Assembly: GCA_023129715.1 (NCBI GenBank)
Contig: JAGMBO010000054.1
Location: 38,291-102,290 of the forward strand
Reading direction: 5' to 3'
Origin: Candidatus Eiseniibacteriota bacterium
GTDB lineage: Bacteria > Eisenbacteria > RBG-16-71-46 > CAIMUX01 > WJJG01
DNA length: 64,000 nucleotides
Shown here piece after piece: positions 9,339 to 18,714 of this stretch. The position numbers and the translations under genes are program-made. The notes below the pieces were generated by a model that saw only the letters and a list, made by a program, of their open reading frames with translations, was not told the origin of the DNA and searched no databases. The stretch's first letter is position 1, and each line of letters starts with the position of its first letter.

Positions 9339-9702
9339 TGCGCCGCGGCGCAGTCAGCAGCGCATGCAACGCTCTGAGTTCCGCCTCGATCTCGCGCAGC
9401 AGCGGTTTGGAACTCTCCTGGAGCACGATCTCCTGCTGCCCTCGCGCCTCCTCTGCCTTGCGCTCGGAGAGCAGCTTACGGCGCGCGCCGGCGATGGTGA
9501 AGCCGCGGTCGTAGAGCAGGTGGCGGATCTCGCGCAGCAGCTCGAGATCCTTCGGCCGGTACATCCGCACACCTGCGCGGTTCTTCCGCGGCCGCAGCAT
9601 GGAGAACTGCGTCTCCCAGTAGCGGAGCACATGCGCCTTGATGCCCATGGTGCGGCTGACTTCGCTGATCGACCGGTAGGGCTTCTCGGCAGTTTCTTTC
9701 AT
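9328..9702 (-). CDS. MerR family transcriptional regulator
   Basis: YRSISEVS..HVLRYWETQF..RMYRPKD..LLYDRGFTIAGAR; conserved type found upstream of tRNA-Pro-surE. Confidence 0.9.
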   Translation of the reverse strand: MKETAEKPYRSISEVSRTMGIKAHVLRYWETQFSMLRPRKNRAGVRMYRPKDLELLREIRHLLYDRGFTIAGARRKLLSERKAEEARGQQEIVLQESSKPLLREIEAELRALHALLTAPRRTAR

Positions 9703-10745
9703 CGCCCGACTCCCCACGATTCCGGCTTCAGGGGTCGTCGCATGAGATCGAGAACGGCTTCCCGGGGATCTTGCTCCTCGAAGAGCACCGCGTGCACCTG
9801 CCGGGTAATCGGCATCTCCACGGCCAATCGCTCCGAGAGCTCGTAGGCCGAGCGGCAGGTGCGCACCCCCTCGGCCACCATCTGCAGTTCATCTAGAATG
9901 TGCGCCAAGCGCTTCCCGCGCGCAAGGGCCAATCCCACGCGGTAGTTCCGGCTCAGCTCGCTTGTGCAGGTCATTACCAGATCCCCAACCCCGGCAAGCC
10001 CCAGAAACGTCTCCCAGCGTCCCCCCATGCGCACCCCGAGGCGGGTCACCTCGGCGAGGCCGCGCGTGATCAGCGCGCCGAACGCGTTGCGGCCCAACGC
10101 CAGCCCCTCGGCGAGCCCCGCCGCGATCGCCATGACATTCTTCAGCGAGACCCCGATCTCGACCCCCAGCGGATCGGGATTCGTGTAGACGCGAAACCAC
10201 TCACAGGAGAAGCGGGCCTGAACCCGCTCCGCCCCCTGCGCAGTCTCGCTCGCCGCCAGAACTGCCGTTGGCCGGCGCGCAACGACGTCGGCCGCGAAGC
10301 TCGGGCCGGCCAATACGACGATCGAGCGCGCCGCGAGTCCGCCCGCCTCGGCCAGCACCTGCCGCGCGGTCTTCCCGCTGCCCTCTTCGATCCCCTTGGT
10401 CGCCGAGACCCACAGGCGCCCCCCGGCGTCCTGCTCGGCACCCAGCGCTCCGAGCCGCGTGGCCGTCTCGCGCATCACATGGGAGGGCACGGCCAGTACC
10501 ACCATCGAGGCCTCGGCCAGCGCCGCGGACAAGTCTGCGGTCACCGCGATCTCGGGGGGAAGCGCATGCGCGGGAAGAAAGGGCCGGCTGAAGCGTGTGC
10601 GGGCCACCTCCGCAGCTCGATCGGCATCGACCTCCCACAGCGCCACCCGCTCGCCCCGGGCGGCGAGATGCAGAGCCAGGGTCGTCCCCCAACTCCCCGC
10701 CCCGAGCACCGCACAACGCCCCCCGCCGCCTCCAGCGCTCGTCAT
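9699..10745 (-). CDS. gpsA: NAD(P)H-dependent glycerol-3-phosphate dehydrogenase
   Basis: GAGSWGT, ATKGIE, LKNVMAIAAG, GLAGVGDLVMTCTS..SRN. Confidence 0.95.
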   Translation of the reverse strand: MTSAGGGGGRCAVLGAGSWGTTLALHLAARGERVALWEVDADRAAEVARTRFSRPFLPAHALPPEIAVTADLSAALAEASMVVLAVPSHVMRETATRLGALGAEQDAGGRLWVSATKGIEEGSGKTARQVLAEAGGLAARSIVVLAGPSFAADVVARRPTAVLAASETAQGAERVQARFSCEWFRVYTNPDPLGVEIGVSLKNVMAIAAGLAEGLALGRNAFGALITRGLAEVTRLGVRMGGRWETFLGLAGVGDLVMTCTSELSRNYRVGLALARGKRLAHILDELQMVAEGVRTCRSAYELSERLAVEMPITRQVHAVLFEEQDPREAVLDLMRRPLKPESWGVGR

Positions 10746-11365
10746 CGCCCGCCTCCAATCCCCGCTTCCTCACCCGCCGCGATTCTCCGCCAGTTGGCCC
10801 GATGCGTCCATCCGATCACCAGGAGCAGGGCCAGACCCAGCAGCGCCGGTCCGCCCCGGGCACCAGCGGGACCGACGAGCAAGACCCCCAGCGGATAGCA
10901 GGCCGCCATCGCCAGCGATGCCAACGACACGTAGCGCCAGATCATCAGGGTCAGGCCGAACGCGGCGACCGCGAGCGCCGCCGCCCAGGGCGCGGCGCAG
11001 AGATAGACCCCCACCGCGGTGGCAACCCCCTTCCCGCCGCGGAAACCGACCCAGGGGCTGAAGCAGTGCCCGGCGACCGCCGCCAACCCCGCCGCCATCG
11101 GCCAGAGCGCACCATCCCCGCACTCCGCGACCCCGAGCCAGAGGGGCAAACCGGCCACCGCGAGCGCTCCCTTGCCGACATCCAGCAACAGGGTCAACAC
11201 TCCCCAGCGCGGCCCGACGACGCGCAGCACATTGGTCGCCCCCAGATTCCCGCTCCCGCGCGTACGCACGTCGATCCCCGCGGCCAGCCGTCCGATGAGC
11301 AGCCCGAAAGGAATCGAACCGATCCCCAAGGCGGCCAGCAGCAGCCCGGCTCCGGCGGCGTTCAT
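10742..11365 (-). CDS. plsY: Glycerol-3-phosphate acyltransferase
   Basis: GSIPFG, GSGNLGATNV.R, GH..S..FRGGKGVAT, HRANWRR. Confidence 0.95.
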   Translation of the reverse strand: MNAAGAGLLLAALGIGSIPFGLLIGRLAAGIDVRTRGSGNLGATNVLRVVGPRWGVLTLLLDVGKGALAVAGLPLWLGVAECGDGALWPMAAGLAAVAGHCFSPWVGFRGGKGVATAVGVYLCAAPWAAALAVAAFGLTLMIWRYVSLASLAMAACYPLGVLLVGPAGARGGPALLGLALLLVIGWTHRANWRRIAAGEEAGIGGGR

Positions 11366-12717
11366 CGCCGCTTCCCGCCGCGCTTCGCCGTACGTCCCGT
11401 CGCCTCGCGCACGCGGAAGACAATCGGCGAACCGGAGAAGCCGAACGCCTCGCGGAAGCGACGCGCAAGATAGCGCAAGTACTCGGGCGCGATGCTCTGC
11501 GCGTGGCGCACAAAGAGCGCGAAGGTCGGTGGGCCGATGCGCACTTGAGTCGCGTAGAGAATCCGCGGGCGTCGTCTGCCGCGCACGCCACGCGGGGGCG
11601 TCTGTTCCACGGCTCGCTCAAGCGCCTTGTTGATCTCGGCGGTCCCTACTTTCCGACGCGACTCCTCGTAGAGCGCGACCGCCTGGGCGGGAATGCGTGA
11701 GACGCGCTGGCCGGTCAGCGCCGAGACGAACAACACCGGTGCATAGCTCAGGTTGGGCAGGTCCTCACGGATCTCGCGCTCCCGCTCCAGTGCCGTCTGA
11801 GTCTCCTTGACGACGAGGTCCCACTTGTTGACCAGGATCAACACCGCCCGCCCGCTCTCCTCGATCACGCTCGCGATCCGCTGATCTTGCCGGGTCACCG
11901 GCTCGGTTCCATCGAGGACCAGCAAGGCGATCTGACTGCGCTCGAGCGCGCGGACGCTGCGCAAGGAGGCATAGAACTCGAACGCCGGCAACCGGTCCCA
12001 ATGATGGCGGATGCCGGCCGTGTCGACCACCCAGAGCGTGCGCCCATGCCAGCGCAGCGGCGTATCGATCGCATCGCGTGTCGTCCCCGGTTGCGGGTCG
12101 ACGATCACCCGGGGCGCTCCGACAATGCGGTTCGTGACACTCGACTTGCCCACATTGGGCCGGCCGAGGACGGCGATGCGGATGCCCGCGTCGCGTTCCT
12201 CGCGGCTGCCTCCCGCCGGCAGCGCGGCGACGAGGGCGTCGAGCAACTCTCCGATGCCGCGTCCCTCCATTGCCGAGATGGGCAAGAGCCCCTCCCAGCC
12301 AAGCCCGCGGAACTCGTGCGCATGGGCCTCCCAGTGCTCACCGTCGACCTTGTTGACGACCAACAACACCGGAGGACGCGGCGAGAGACGGTGGAGCGCC
12401 TGTGAGATCTCCTCGTCGAGCGCCTGTAGGCCCTCCCGCGCATCAGCCAGGAAAAGCACCAGGTCGCATTCCTGCAGCGCTTGCGCCACCTGCTCGCCAA
12501 TCCGGGCTTCCATTCCCCCCGTCGCCCCCGGATACCACCCCCCGGTATCGACGAGGTAGTAGCTACGCCCGCACCAGTCACCGAGGCTCGCGTTGCGATC
12601 GCGGGTGACCCCGGGCGCCCGGTCGACAACCGCCTGGCGGCCGCCGACAAGACGATTGAAGAGCGTCGACTTGCCCACGTTGGGGCGCCCGACCAGCGCC
12701 ACGACCGGCAATCGCAT
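11362..12717 (-). CDS. der: Ribosome biogenesis GTPase Der
   Basis: Two GRPNVGKS P-loops, DTGG/DTAG, NKVD/NKWD, KH-like C-terminus. Confidence 0.95.
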   Translation of the reverse strand: MRLPVVALVGRPNVGKSTLFNRLVGGRQAVVDRAPGVTRDRNASLGDWCGRSYYLVDTGGWYPGATGGMEARIGEQVAQALQECDLVLFLADAREGLQALDEEISQALHRLSPRPPVLLVVNKVDGEHWEAHAHEFRGLGWEGLLPISAMEGRGIGELLDALVAALPAGGSREERDAGIRIAVLGRPNVGKSSVTNRIVGAPRVIVDPQPGTTRDAIDTPLRWHGRTLWVVDTAGIRHHWDRLPAFEFYASLRSVRALERSQIALLVLDGTEPVTRQDQRIASVIEESGRAVLILVNKWDLVVKETQTALEREREIREDLPNLSYAPVLFVSALTGQRVSRIPAQAVALYEESRRKVGTAEINKALERAVEQTPPRGVRGRRRPRILYATQVRIGPPTFALFVRHAQSIAPEYLRYLARRFREAFGFSGSPIVFRVREATGRTAKRGGKRR

Positions 12718-12737
12718 ACCTGCCTCACCTCCCCCGC

Positions 12738-12787
12738 GCTCGCCGTCCCCAGCTCGCCGTCCCTAGCTCGCCGGTCCTAGCTCGCCG
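12738..12787. repeat. 14-bp tandem repeat (~3.6 copies) spanning the DUF512 stop codon
   Basis: GCTCGCCGTCCCCA / GCTCGCCGTCCCTA / GCTCGCCGGTCCTA / GCTCGCCG. Confidence 0.8.
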
Positions 12788-14129
12788 CCGCCGCCGCCGC
12801 GGCGATCAACTCGGCGTCTGCACCCAACCCGATCTGCACACACGTTCCCAGCCGGCGCGCGAGCTCGGCGGGCCCGAGCCCATCAAGGGTCACACCATCG
12901 ACATTGAGACAGTCTTCGGGCAAGACGACCCGCTGGGCGGTTCCCTCCCGGAGTAGCGCCGCAACGAGATCCTCGCCGACCAACAGACCCGCCGTCGTCA
13001 CCCGCTCACCGAAGAAGGCATTGCGCACCGCGACGATCTCAGCCCTCCAGTGCTCTCCCTCACCCGTTCGCGCCATGGTAGCCGCCAGCAGCCGCTCGAG
13101 AAAGGGGGCGAAGCGGACCCCCGTCGCCACCAGCACGCGTCCAGTGTCGGCACCATCCGCGCCTCGGTGCCCGCGCGCCGCTTCGCGCCGGCACTTCCTC
13201 CCGGCGCGCGCAAAGATCCGCCGCCGCCTGGCCAACGCCCGCTCGAAGTGACGGATCATCCCGACTCCGTTCCCGACCTGCGGAAACCCCTCGTAGTCCC
13301 CATGGGGAGGCAGCGAGGCCCCGGCCAGGCAGTAGAACTCATCCGCGAGGAAGTGTACACGGCGCCCCACGCGCCTCCGGCAGGCCCGCTGATGCGCATG
13401 CACACAGTCGACCACAGCAACGGCATCCTCGCGCGTCACCGGGCGCAGATTGGCGAGACCCGCGCGGTGCCGGGTTAGCCCGACTGGCACGATGGCCACG
13501 CTGCCCAGGCCCGCCGGCAAGGCCTCGAGCTCGGTGAGCGTCTGATCCAGGATGGCGCCGTCATTGTATCCCGGAACGACCACGATCTGGCCATGCAGCT
13601 CGATACCGCCCTTGAGCAACCGGCGCATCAACGCCAGGATTTCCCCCTTCCCCGGACAGCGCAGCAGCCGGCGCCGCACGGCAGGGTCGGTTGCGTGGAT
13701 CGAGACATAGAGCGGACTCATCCGCTGGGCCAGGATCCGCTCAATCTCGTCTGCGCCTAGATTGGTCAGCGAGAGGTAGTTGCCATAGAGCAGGGAGAGC
13801 CGAAAGTCTTCATCCTTTACATACAGACTGGGCCGTAAGTCCTTGGGGTTCTGATCGATAAAGCAGAACACACATCTGTTGATGCAGCGGCGAACGGGAT
13901 CCGGGGGGATCTCCAGTCCCAGCAGGCGGTCCCCCTCGCGCCGGATTGCAACCTCGCGCCGCTGCCCATCCATCCCCTCGACCTCCAGGCGCAGGTGCTC
14001 CTCGGAGGTTGCAAAAAGGAAGTCGAGGGCATCCCGCGGGGCCGATCCATTGATGCTCAAGATCCGCTCGCCGGCACGCATCCCTGCGCGTTCGGCGAGT
14101 GAGTCGAGCTGCACGCGGAGGACCTTCAT
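12777..14129 (-). CDS. PDZ + radical SAM + DUF512 protein
   Basis: N-terminal PDZ, CINRCVFC (CxxxCxxC), DEDFRLS, SPLYVSIHAT, ADEFY, GVGM; usual neighbour of der. Confidence 0.9.
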   Translation of the reverse strand: MKVLRVQLDSLAERAGMRAGERILSINGSAPRDALDFLFATSEEHLRLEVEGMDGQRREVAIRREGDRLLGLEIPPDPVRRCINRCVFCFIDQNPKDLRPSLYVKDEDFRLSLLYGNYLSLTNLGADEIERILAQRMSPLYVSIHATDPAVRRRLLRCPGKGEILALMRRLLKGGIELHGQIVVVPGYNDGAILDQTLTELEALPAGLGSVAIVPVGLTRHRAGLANLRPVTREDAVAVVDCVHAHQRACRRRVGRRVHFLADEFYCLAGASLPPHGDYEGFPQVGNGVGMIRHFERALARRRRIFARAGRKCRREAARGHRGADGADTGRVLVATGVRFAPFLERLLAATMARTGEGEHWRAEIVAVRNAFFGERVTTAGLLVGEDLVAALLREGTAQRVVLPEDCLNVDGVTLDGLGPAELARRLGTCVQIGLGADAELIAAAAAAAS

Positions 14130-14200
14130 GGCGCGTCGATTCCAACTCCCGCCTTGGGACCCGCGGCACCCAGGCGACGCCTGCTCCGGCCCAAGGCACG

Positions 14201-14230
14201 AAAAGGGGGTCTGGTCGAAGCCAGACCCCC
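14201..14230 (-). terminator. Rho-independent terminator after tRNA-Gly
   Basis: GGGGGTCTGG-CTTCGA-CCAGACCCCC-TTTT. Confidence 0.85.
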
Positions 14231-14246
14231 GCTCACTGGCAGACTC

Positions 14247-14321
14247 TGGAGCGGGTGACGGGGGTCGAACCCGCGACTCTCAGCTTGGGAAGCTGATACT
14301 CTACCACTGAGTTACACCCGC
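14247..14321 (-). tRNA. tRNA-Gly(CCC) with encoded CCA
   Basis: GCGGGTGTAACTCAGTGGTAGAGTATCAGCTTCCCAAGCTGA...CACCCGCTCCA. Confidence 0.95.
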
Positions 14322-14337
14322 TCACGAAGCTCCGCAG

Positions 14338-14366
14338 ACCCTACGCCCGCCGCAAGGTCCTGTCAA
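14338..14366 (-). promoter_or_regulatory. Putative sigma70 promoter for tRNA-Gly
   Basis: TTGACA-N17-TAGGGT; the -35 overlaps the miaA stop codon. Confidence 0.6.
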
Positions 14367-15328
14367 GCTTCCCCTTGCCTGCCCCGCTCCTCCCCCAGGT
14401 AGGCGATCACGCGCCCCGCGGTCGTCTCCGCGCACTCCCCGGCAGCGATCGACACCACCGCAACGCCTTGGTAGCGATTGCGAAACCAGGTTATCTGGCG
14501 CTTGGCATACCGGCGGGTCGCGCGCACGAGGCGCTCTCTCGCCTCGGCCAACGTGCAGCTTCCGGCCAAGACAGCCGCGAAGTCACCGTACCCGATCGCC
14601 TCGAAGCCGGGCGCATCGATCGGGACCCCGTCGGCGAGTAGTCCGGCCACCTCATCGAGTAACCCAGCGCCGAGCATCGCCTCCGCCCGTTGCTCGATCC
14701 GCGCATAGAGCTCCTCCCGCTCGCGCTGCAGCAAGACCAGCGGCGGTCCCGAGCGTAGATCGAGCCGCCCTTGGCGCGTGCGCAGCCCGCTGAGCGGGGC
14801 CCCGGCAAGCTCGTAGACTTCCAGGGCCCGGCTGATCCGCCGGAAGTCGCGGCCCCCGAGACCGGCCGCCGTTTGCGGGTCGACCTCGCGGAGTCGAGCA
14901 TAGAGCGCCGCGGTTCCCTCCCGATCCCGGATGCGCGCGTGCTCGCGACGGATCGCCGCGTCGGCGGGTGGAAGCGGATCGAGCCGCCCCAGACAGGCAT
15001 CGACGTAGAGCCCCGAGCCCCCCACCGCCCACGCGCGCACGCCGCGCTCCCGCAGACCGGCGAGCGCGCGGCGGTACTCATGGGCAAAACCTTGAGCCGA
15101 AGCGGTCTCGGTGGGCGCGAACAGATCGATCAGGTGATGAGGCACCGCCGCTCGCTCTGCGGCAGTCGGCTTGGCGGTCCCGATATCGAGGCCCCGGTAG
15201 GCCTGCCGCGAGTCGATCGAGAGGATCTCACCGCCGCAACGCAGGGCCAGGGCGATCGCCACCGCGGTCTTGCCGACCGCGGTCGGACCGACGAGGAAGA
15301 CCACTGGGGCCACCGCGCAACGGGTCAC
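14363..15328 (-). CDS. miaA: tRNA dimethylallyltransferase
   Basis: GPTAVGKT, DSRQAYRGLDIGTAKP, VGGSGLY, TRRYAKRQITWF; start approximate. Confidence 0.95.
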   Translation of the reverse strand: MTRCAVAPVVFLVGPTAVGKTAVAIALALRCGGEILSIDSRQAYRGLDIGTAKPTAAERAAVPHHLIDLFAPTETASAQGFAHEYRRALAGLRERGVRAWAVGGSGLYVDACLGRLDPLPPADAAIRREHARIRDREGTAALYARLREVDPQTAAGLGGRDFRRISRALEVYELAGAPLSGLRTRQGRLDLRSGPPLVLLQREREELYARIEQRAEAMLGAGLLDEVAGLLADGVPIDAPGFEAIGYGDFAAVLAGSCTLAEARERLVRATRRYAKRQITWFRNRYQGVAVVSIAAGECAETTAGRVIAYLGEERGRQGEA

Positions 15329-15344
15329 CCGCGCCCCCCCCCGA

Positions 15345-17252
15345 TCAGCCCCCACCGCCGCGCCCGAACCGGCGGTCGAGGTCACCCAGAGAGATGAAGA
15401 CGAAGGTCGGCCGCCCATGGGGATCGCCATGCGGCAAGCGGGTGGCGAAGAGCTCGTCGACGAGACGATTCATCTCCTCGACGCTGAGCGGCTCGCCCGC
15501 CTTGATCGCCGCACGACACGCAAACGCGCGTGCCAGGCCCTCGCGCGTTTCACCTTCGCGCAGTCCCATCGACTCGGTCTCGTGAAGCAAATCGAGCACG
15601 AGACCTGCCTCGCTGCGCGACCGCCAGAGCGGCGGCACGCCCCGGACGATGACACTGCGCTCCTCGAGCTCTTCGCACTCGAAGCCCATGCGCAGCATCT
15701 CCGCCTCGTGCTCGCGATAGACTTCGATCTCCTCATCGGTCAGTTCGAGAATCACCGGAAAGAGCAACTGCTGTGCGGCCGCCTCCTCACTCTGCATGCG
15801 CTCCTGGATACGCTCGTAGAGAATCCGCTCGTGCGCCGCGTGCTGATCGATGATCAGCAGGCCCTTGTGCGTCTGCGCCAGCACGTAGCGGCCATGGAGC
15901 TGCCACAGCGAGACCAGCCCCTCATCCGGGCGCCCCCCGAGTTCCGCCCCGGCCCCACCGGCGCCCTCCGCAACCCGGTTCCGCGGCCCCGCCGGGCCCC
16001 AGAGATCGCCCAGTTGCGCGTCCTCGGTTCCGGCAACCGCTCCGGCCCCTCCCGGCCCACCGTAGAGCTCCTTCGTCACCGCCTCGTAGCCCCCCGGAGC
16101 ACGCTCAGGACCCGGGAATATCCCCGTGGCGCCCGCGCCCCCCCGCCGCCAGCCGCCCTCAGCGCCCCCCGACGCTCCGGCACCCGTGCCCGCTTCCTGC
16201 CCTCCGCTCTCGGCCGAGAGAAAGAAGCGGGGCAGCAAGCGGGCGACAACAACCCGCACCATCCGCTGCACGAAGGCGAAGATCGCCCGCTCCTCGAAGA
16301 AACGCACCTCGCGTTTCGTCGGATGTAGGTTGACGTCGACGCGATCCGCAGGAACGGTCAGCAGCAACAGCGCCCAGGGGGCTTGGTGATTGGGAATCAG
16401 ATCGCCGAACGCCCGGCGCACGGCCTGCCCGAGCCACGGTGAGACGACCCAGCGCCCATTGACGAAGAAGGTCTGATGCCGGCTGCCGGCCCGGGCCAAC
16501 TCGGGCACGCCGACGAAGCCCCGCACGCCGAAGCCCGCCTCATCACGGCCCTCGACCGCGAGTAACCCCTCCAGGAGCCGCGCTCCATGGAGCTGGCTCA
16601 GGCGCGCCTGCATCGCCTCGACCGGCGCCAGTTCGAGCACCGTGCGCCCATCTTGGGTGAAGCGCCAGGCAACCCCCGGAAACGCTTGCGCGTAGGCTTG
16701 GATCACCTCGCGCGCCGCGCGCAACTCGCTCGCGGCGCTCTTCAGGAAGCGCTTGCGCACCGGCGTGTTGAAGAAGAGATCCGCGACCGTCACCGTTGTG
16801 CCCACGCCGCGTGACGCCACCTCCGGTGAGCCGACCTGCCCGCCGGTCGCCTGGATACGCCAGGCATGCTCGGCGTCCGCCGTACGGCTCGTCACCGTCA
16901 CGCGCGCGATCTCGGCGATCGCGGCGAGCGCCTCGCCGCGGAACCCGAGGGTCTCGATTGCCAGGAGATCCTCTTCCCGGCCGATCTTGCTCGTCGTGTA
17001 CCGCTCGAGGGCAAGCGCCAAGTCGTCGCCGGCAATGCCCGTCCCGTCATCCGCAACCTCGATGCTCCGGTCGAGCGCCTCGGTCACACTGATCGTGATC
17101 CTTCCGGCGCCGGCATCGAGCGCATTCTCGATCAGCTCTTTGACCGCCGCCGCCGGACGGGCGATCATTTCACCGGCGGCAATGCGACCGATTACCTCGG
17201 CGGGAAGGCGCTGGATCGATCGCCGATCGCTCGATGTCGTTTTCTCACCCAC
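15345..17252 (-). CDS. mutL: DNA mismatch repair protein MutL (endonuclease type)
   Basis: IAAGE..RPAAAVKELIENALDAG, GFRGEAL, DVNLHPTKREV, DQHAAHERILYE, QQLLFP; start GTG about 17252. Confidence 0.95.
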   Translation of the reverse strand: MGEKTTSSDRRSIQRLPAEVIGRIAAGEMIARPAAAVKELIENALDAGAGRITISVTEALDRSIEVADDGTGIAGDDLALALERYTTSKIGREEDLLAIETLGFRGEALAAIAEIARVTVTSRTADAEHAWRIQATGGQVGSPEVASRGVGTTVTVADLFFNTPVRKRFLKSAASELRAAREVIQAYAQAFPGVAWRFTQDGRTVLELAPVEAMQARLSQLHGARLLEGLLAVEGRDEAGFGVRGFVGVPELARAGSRHQTFFVNGRWVVSPWLGQAVRRAFGDLIPNHQAPWALLLLTVPADRVDVNLHPTKREVRFFEERAIFAFVQRMVRVVVARLLPRFFLSAESGGQEAGTGAGASGGAEGGWRRGGAGATGIFPGPERAPGGYEAVTKELYGGPGGAGAVAGTEDAQLGDLWGPAGPRNRVAEGAGGAGAELGGRPDEGLVSLWQLHGRYVLAQTHKGLLIIDQHAAHERILYERIQERMQSEEAAAQQLLFPVILELTDEEIEVYREHEAEMLRMGFECEELEERSVIVRGVPPLWRSRSEAGLVLDLLHETESMGLREGETREGLARAFACRAAIKAGEPLSVEEMNRLVDELFATRLPHGDPHGRPTFVFISLGDLDRRFGRGGGG

Positions 17253-17598
17253 CCTCACTCTCCAGGCGCGGCTCCACGGCAGGCCGCTGCTTGCTATCGA
17301 GCACCTCCGACCAACGGATCCCCTGCTCGCCGAGCGCCCGCCGCACCTGCGGCGCCACGCTGCGCACGAGCATGCAATCGACGCGCTCCAGGTTCTCCGC
17401 GGCGGGACCCTCGCCGGGGTTCTCAATGACCGGAAAGCCGAGCAACTCGGCCAATCGCGCGAGCGGCTCGTCGCGCGCGCCCACCAGGACCCAACGCACG
17501 TCGGTGCCCGCATCACGGTAGAGCGCCGGCAAAAGATCGAAGTTGTGGCGGCTGAGCTCCCGCACTCCAACGCTCGTGCTTGCCTTCGCGCGCATCAT
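17245..17598 (-). CDS. Hypothetical protein (117 aa)
   Basis: Fills the gap between GT9 and mutL, GAGG upstream, overlaps mutL start, normal globular composition. Confidence 0.6.
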   Translation of the reverse strand: MMRAKASTSVGVRELSRHNFDLLPALYRDAGTDVRWVLVGARDEPLARLAELLGFPVIENPGEGPAAENLERVDCMLVRSVAPQVRRALGEQGIRWSEVLDSKQRPAVEPRLESEGG

Positions 17599-17658
17599 CC
17601 AACGTCCTCTACGCCTGCCCCCCCCACGCGGCCGCTCACTGCGCGCGCGCCACGCCTC

Positions 17659-18714
17659 TTACTCCGGCAGGGAAGCCTGCGGCAGCAGCGCCCGAACCGC
17701 CTCCCAGACCTGTGCGGCACGTAGCTCGCTCCAGCATCGCCGGTGGCCCAGCCAGCAGCGATCGGCTCCATGAATGTGGCAGGGGCGGCAGGCCAAATCC
17801 ACCCCAATTGCCCGGGCGTGCCCCAGCGGCGCATATCCCAGTGCCGGCACCGTCGATCCGTAGATTCCGATCGCGGGCGTCCCCACTCCGGTCGCCACGT
17901 GGAGCAGGCCTGAGTCACTTCCGACAAACAGCTGCACCTGGTCCAACAAGGCGATCACCGGCGCCAGATCCCCCGCGAAACGCCAGGCACCCTCCCCCCC
18001 CTCCGAAGCGCAGACCGGCGTCTGCTGCCCCCGCTCGGGCGGAACAATGCGTACAACCCCCCACCCGCTGGCGAGCAGGCCCTCCGTCACCTCGGCAATC
18101 AGACGCTCGGGAATCGCCTTCTGGCGATGCGCGGCTCCCGGCGCCAGTGCCACCCAGCCCGCCTCGGGTCGCGGCCGCGATCCGAGCCGCGCCGCGCTCC
18201 ACTCCCGCCACGCCGGTTCCGCCACGATCCGGGGAACCAGTTCGTCGAGCGCAACCCGCGCGCCCGCAATGCTGCGCGCCAGGCGCACGACAAAGGGTTC
18301 GGGCGCGGGAATCCGCTGGCCACCCCAGACCAGCAGGCGCCGGTGCAGACTCGCGCGCGGCGCCCCGATCCGCCGTGCGCCCGGCGCGTAACGCTGCGCC
18401 GCCCGCCGGCCCCGCGCACCCCCCTGCCAGTCGAGCACCGTCCCATAGCGCCGGCCGGGCGCCGCCTCCCCATCAGCGATACGCACCCCGCACCGATCAG
18501 GATTCCCGGCCAGCGCGGGCGCAAAGGCGCGCCGGGTCAGCAGGTCGATTTCCAGATCGGGCCGGCGGCGGCGCAAGAGACCCAGGGGCCCGGTCGTCAG
18601 CGCGACATCCCCCAGACTGCTGAGGCGCACGGCCAGCACCGGTCCCTGCCATTCGTCGGCCGGCCATGCCGGCGCTGAAGGTGCGCCGCCCGGCGGCGCG
18701 CTCCGCTCGCTCAT
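17659..18714 (-). CDS. Glycosyltransferase family 9 (LPS heptosyltransferase-like)
   Basis: VRLSSLGDV, APGA, DSGLLHVA..GTP, CRPC..C..C; ATGA overlap with nadB stop. Confidence 0.9.
   Translation of the reverse strand: MSERSAPPGGAPSAPAWPADEWQGPVLAVRLSSLGDVALTTGPLGLLRRRRPDLEIDLLTRRAFAPALAGNPDRCGVRIADGEAAPGRRYGTVLDWQGGARGRRAAQRYAPGARRIGAPRASLHRRLLVWGGQRIPAPEPFVVRLARSIAGARVALDELVPRIVAEPAWREWSAARLGSRPRPEAGWVALAPGAAHRQKAIPERLIAEVTEGLLASGWGVVRIVPPERGQQTPVCASEGGEGAWRFAGDLAPVIALLDQVQLFVGSDSGLLHVATGVGTPAIGIYGSTVPALGYAPLGHARAIGVDLACRPCHIHGADRCWLGHRRCWSELRAAQVWEAVRALLPQASLPE

Noticed and set aside
12738-12787. Short repeat arrays (here, 28825-28896 and 49773-49835) as CRISPR
   Set aside because: Head-to-tail tandem units with no spacers and no cas genes
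15940-16220. Gly/Ala-rich stretch in MutL (similar short ones in LpxB, HtrA, Slt)
   Set aside because: Falls in known variable linkers and is explained by GC bias
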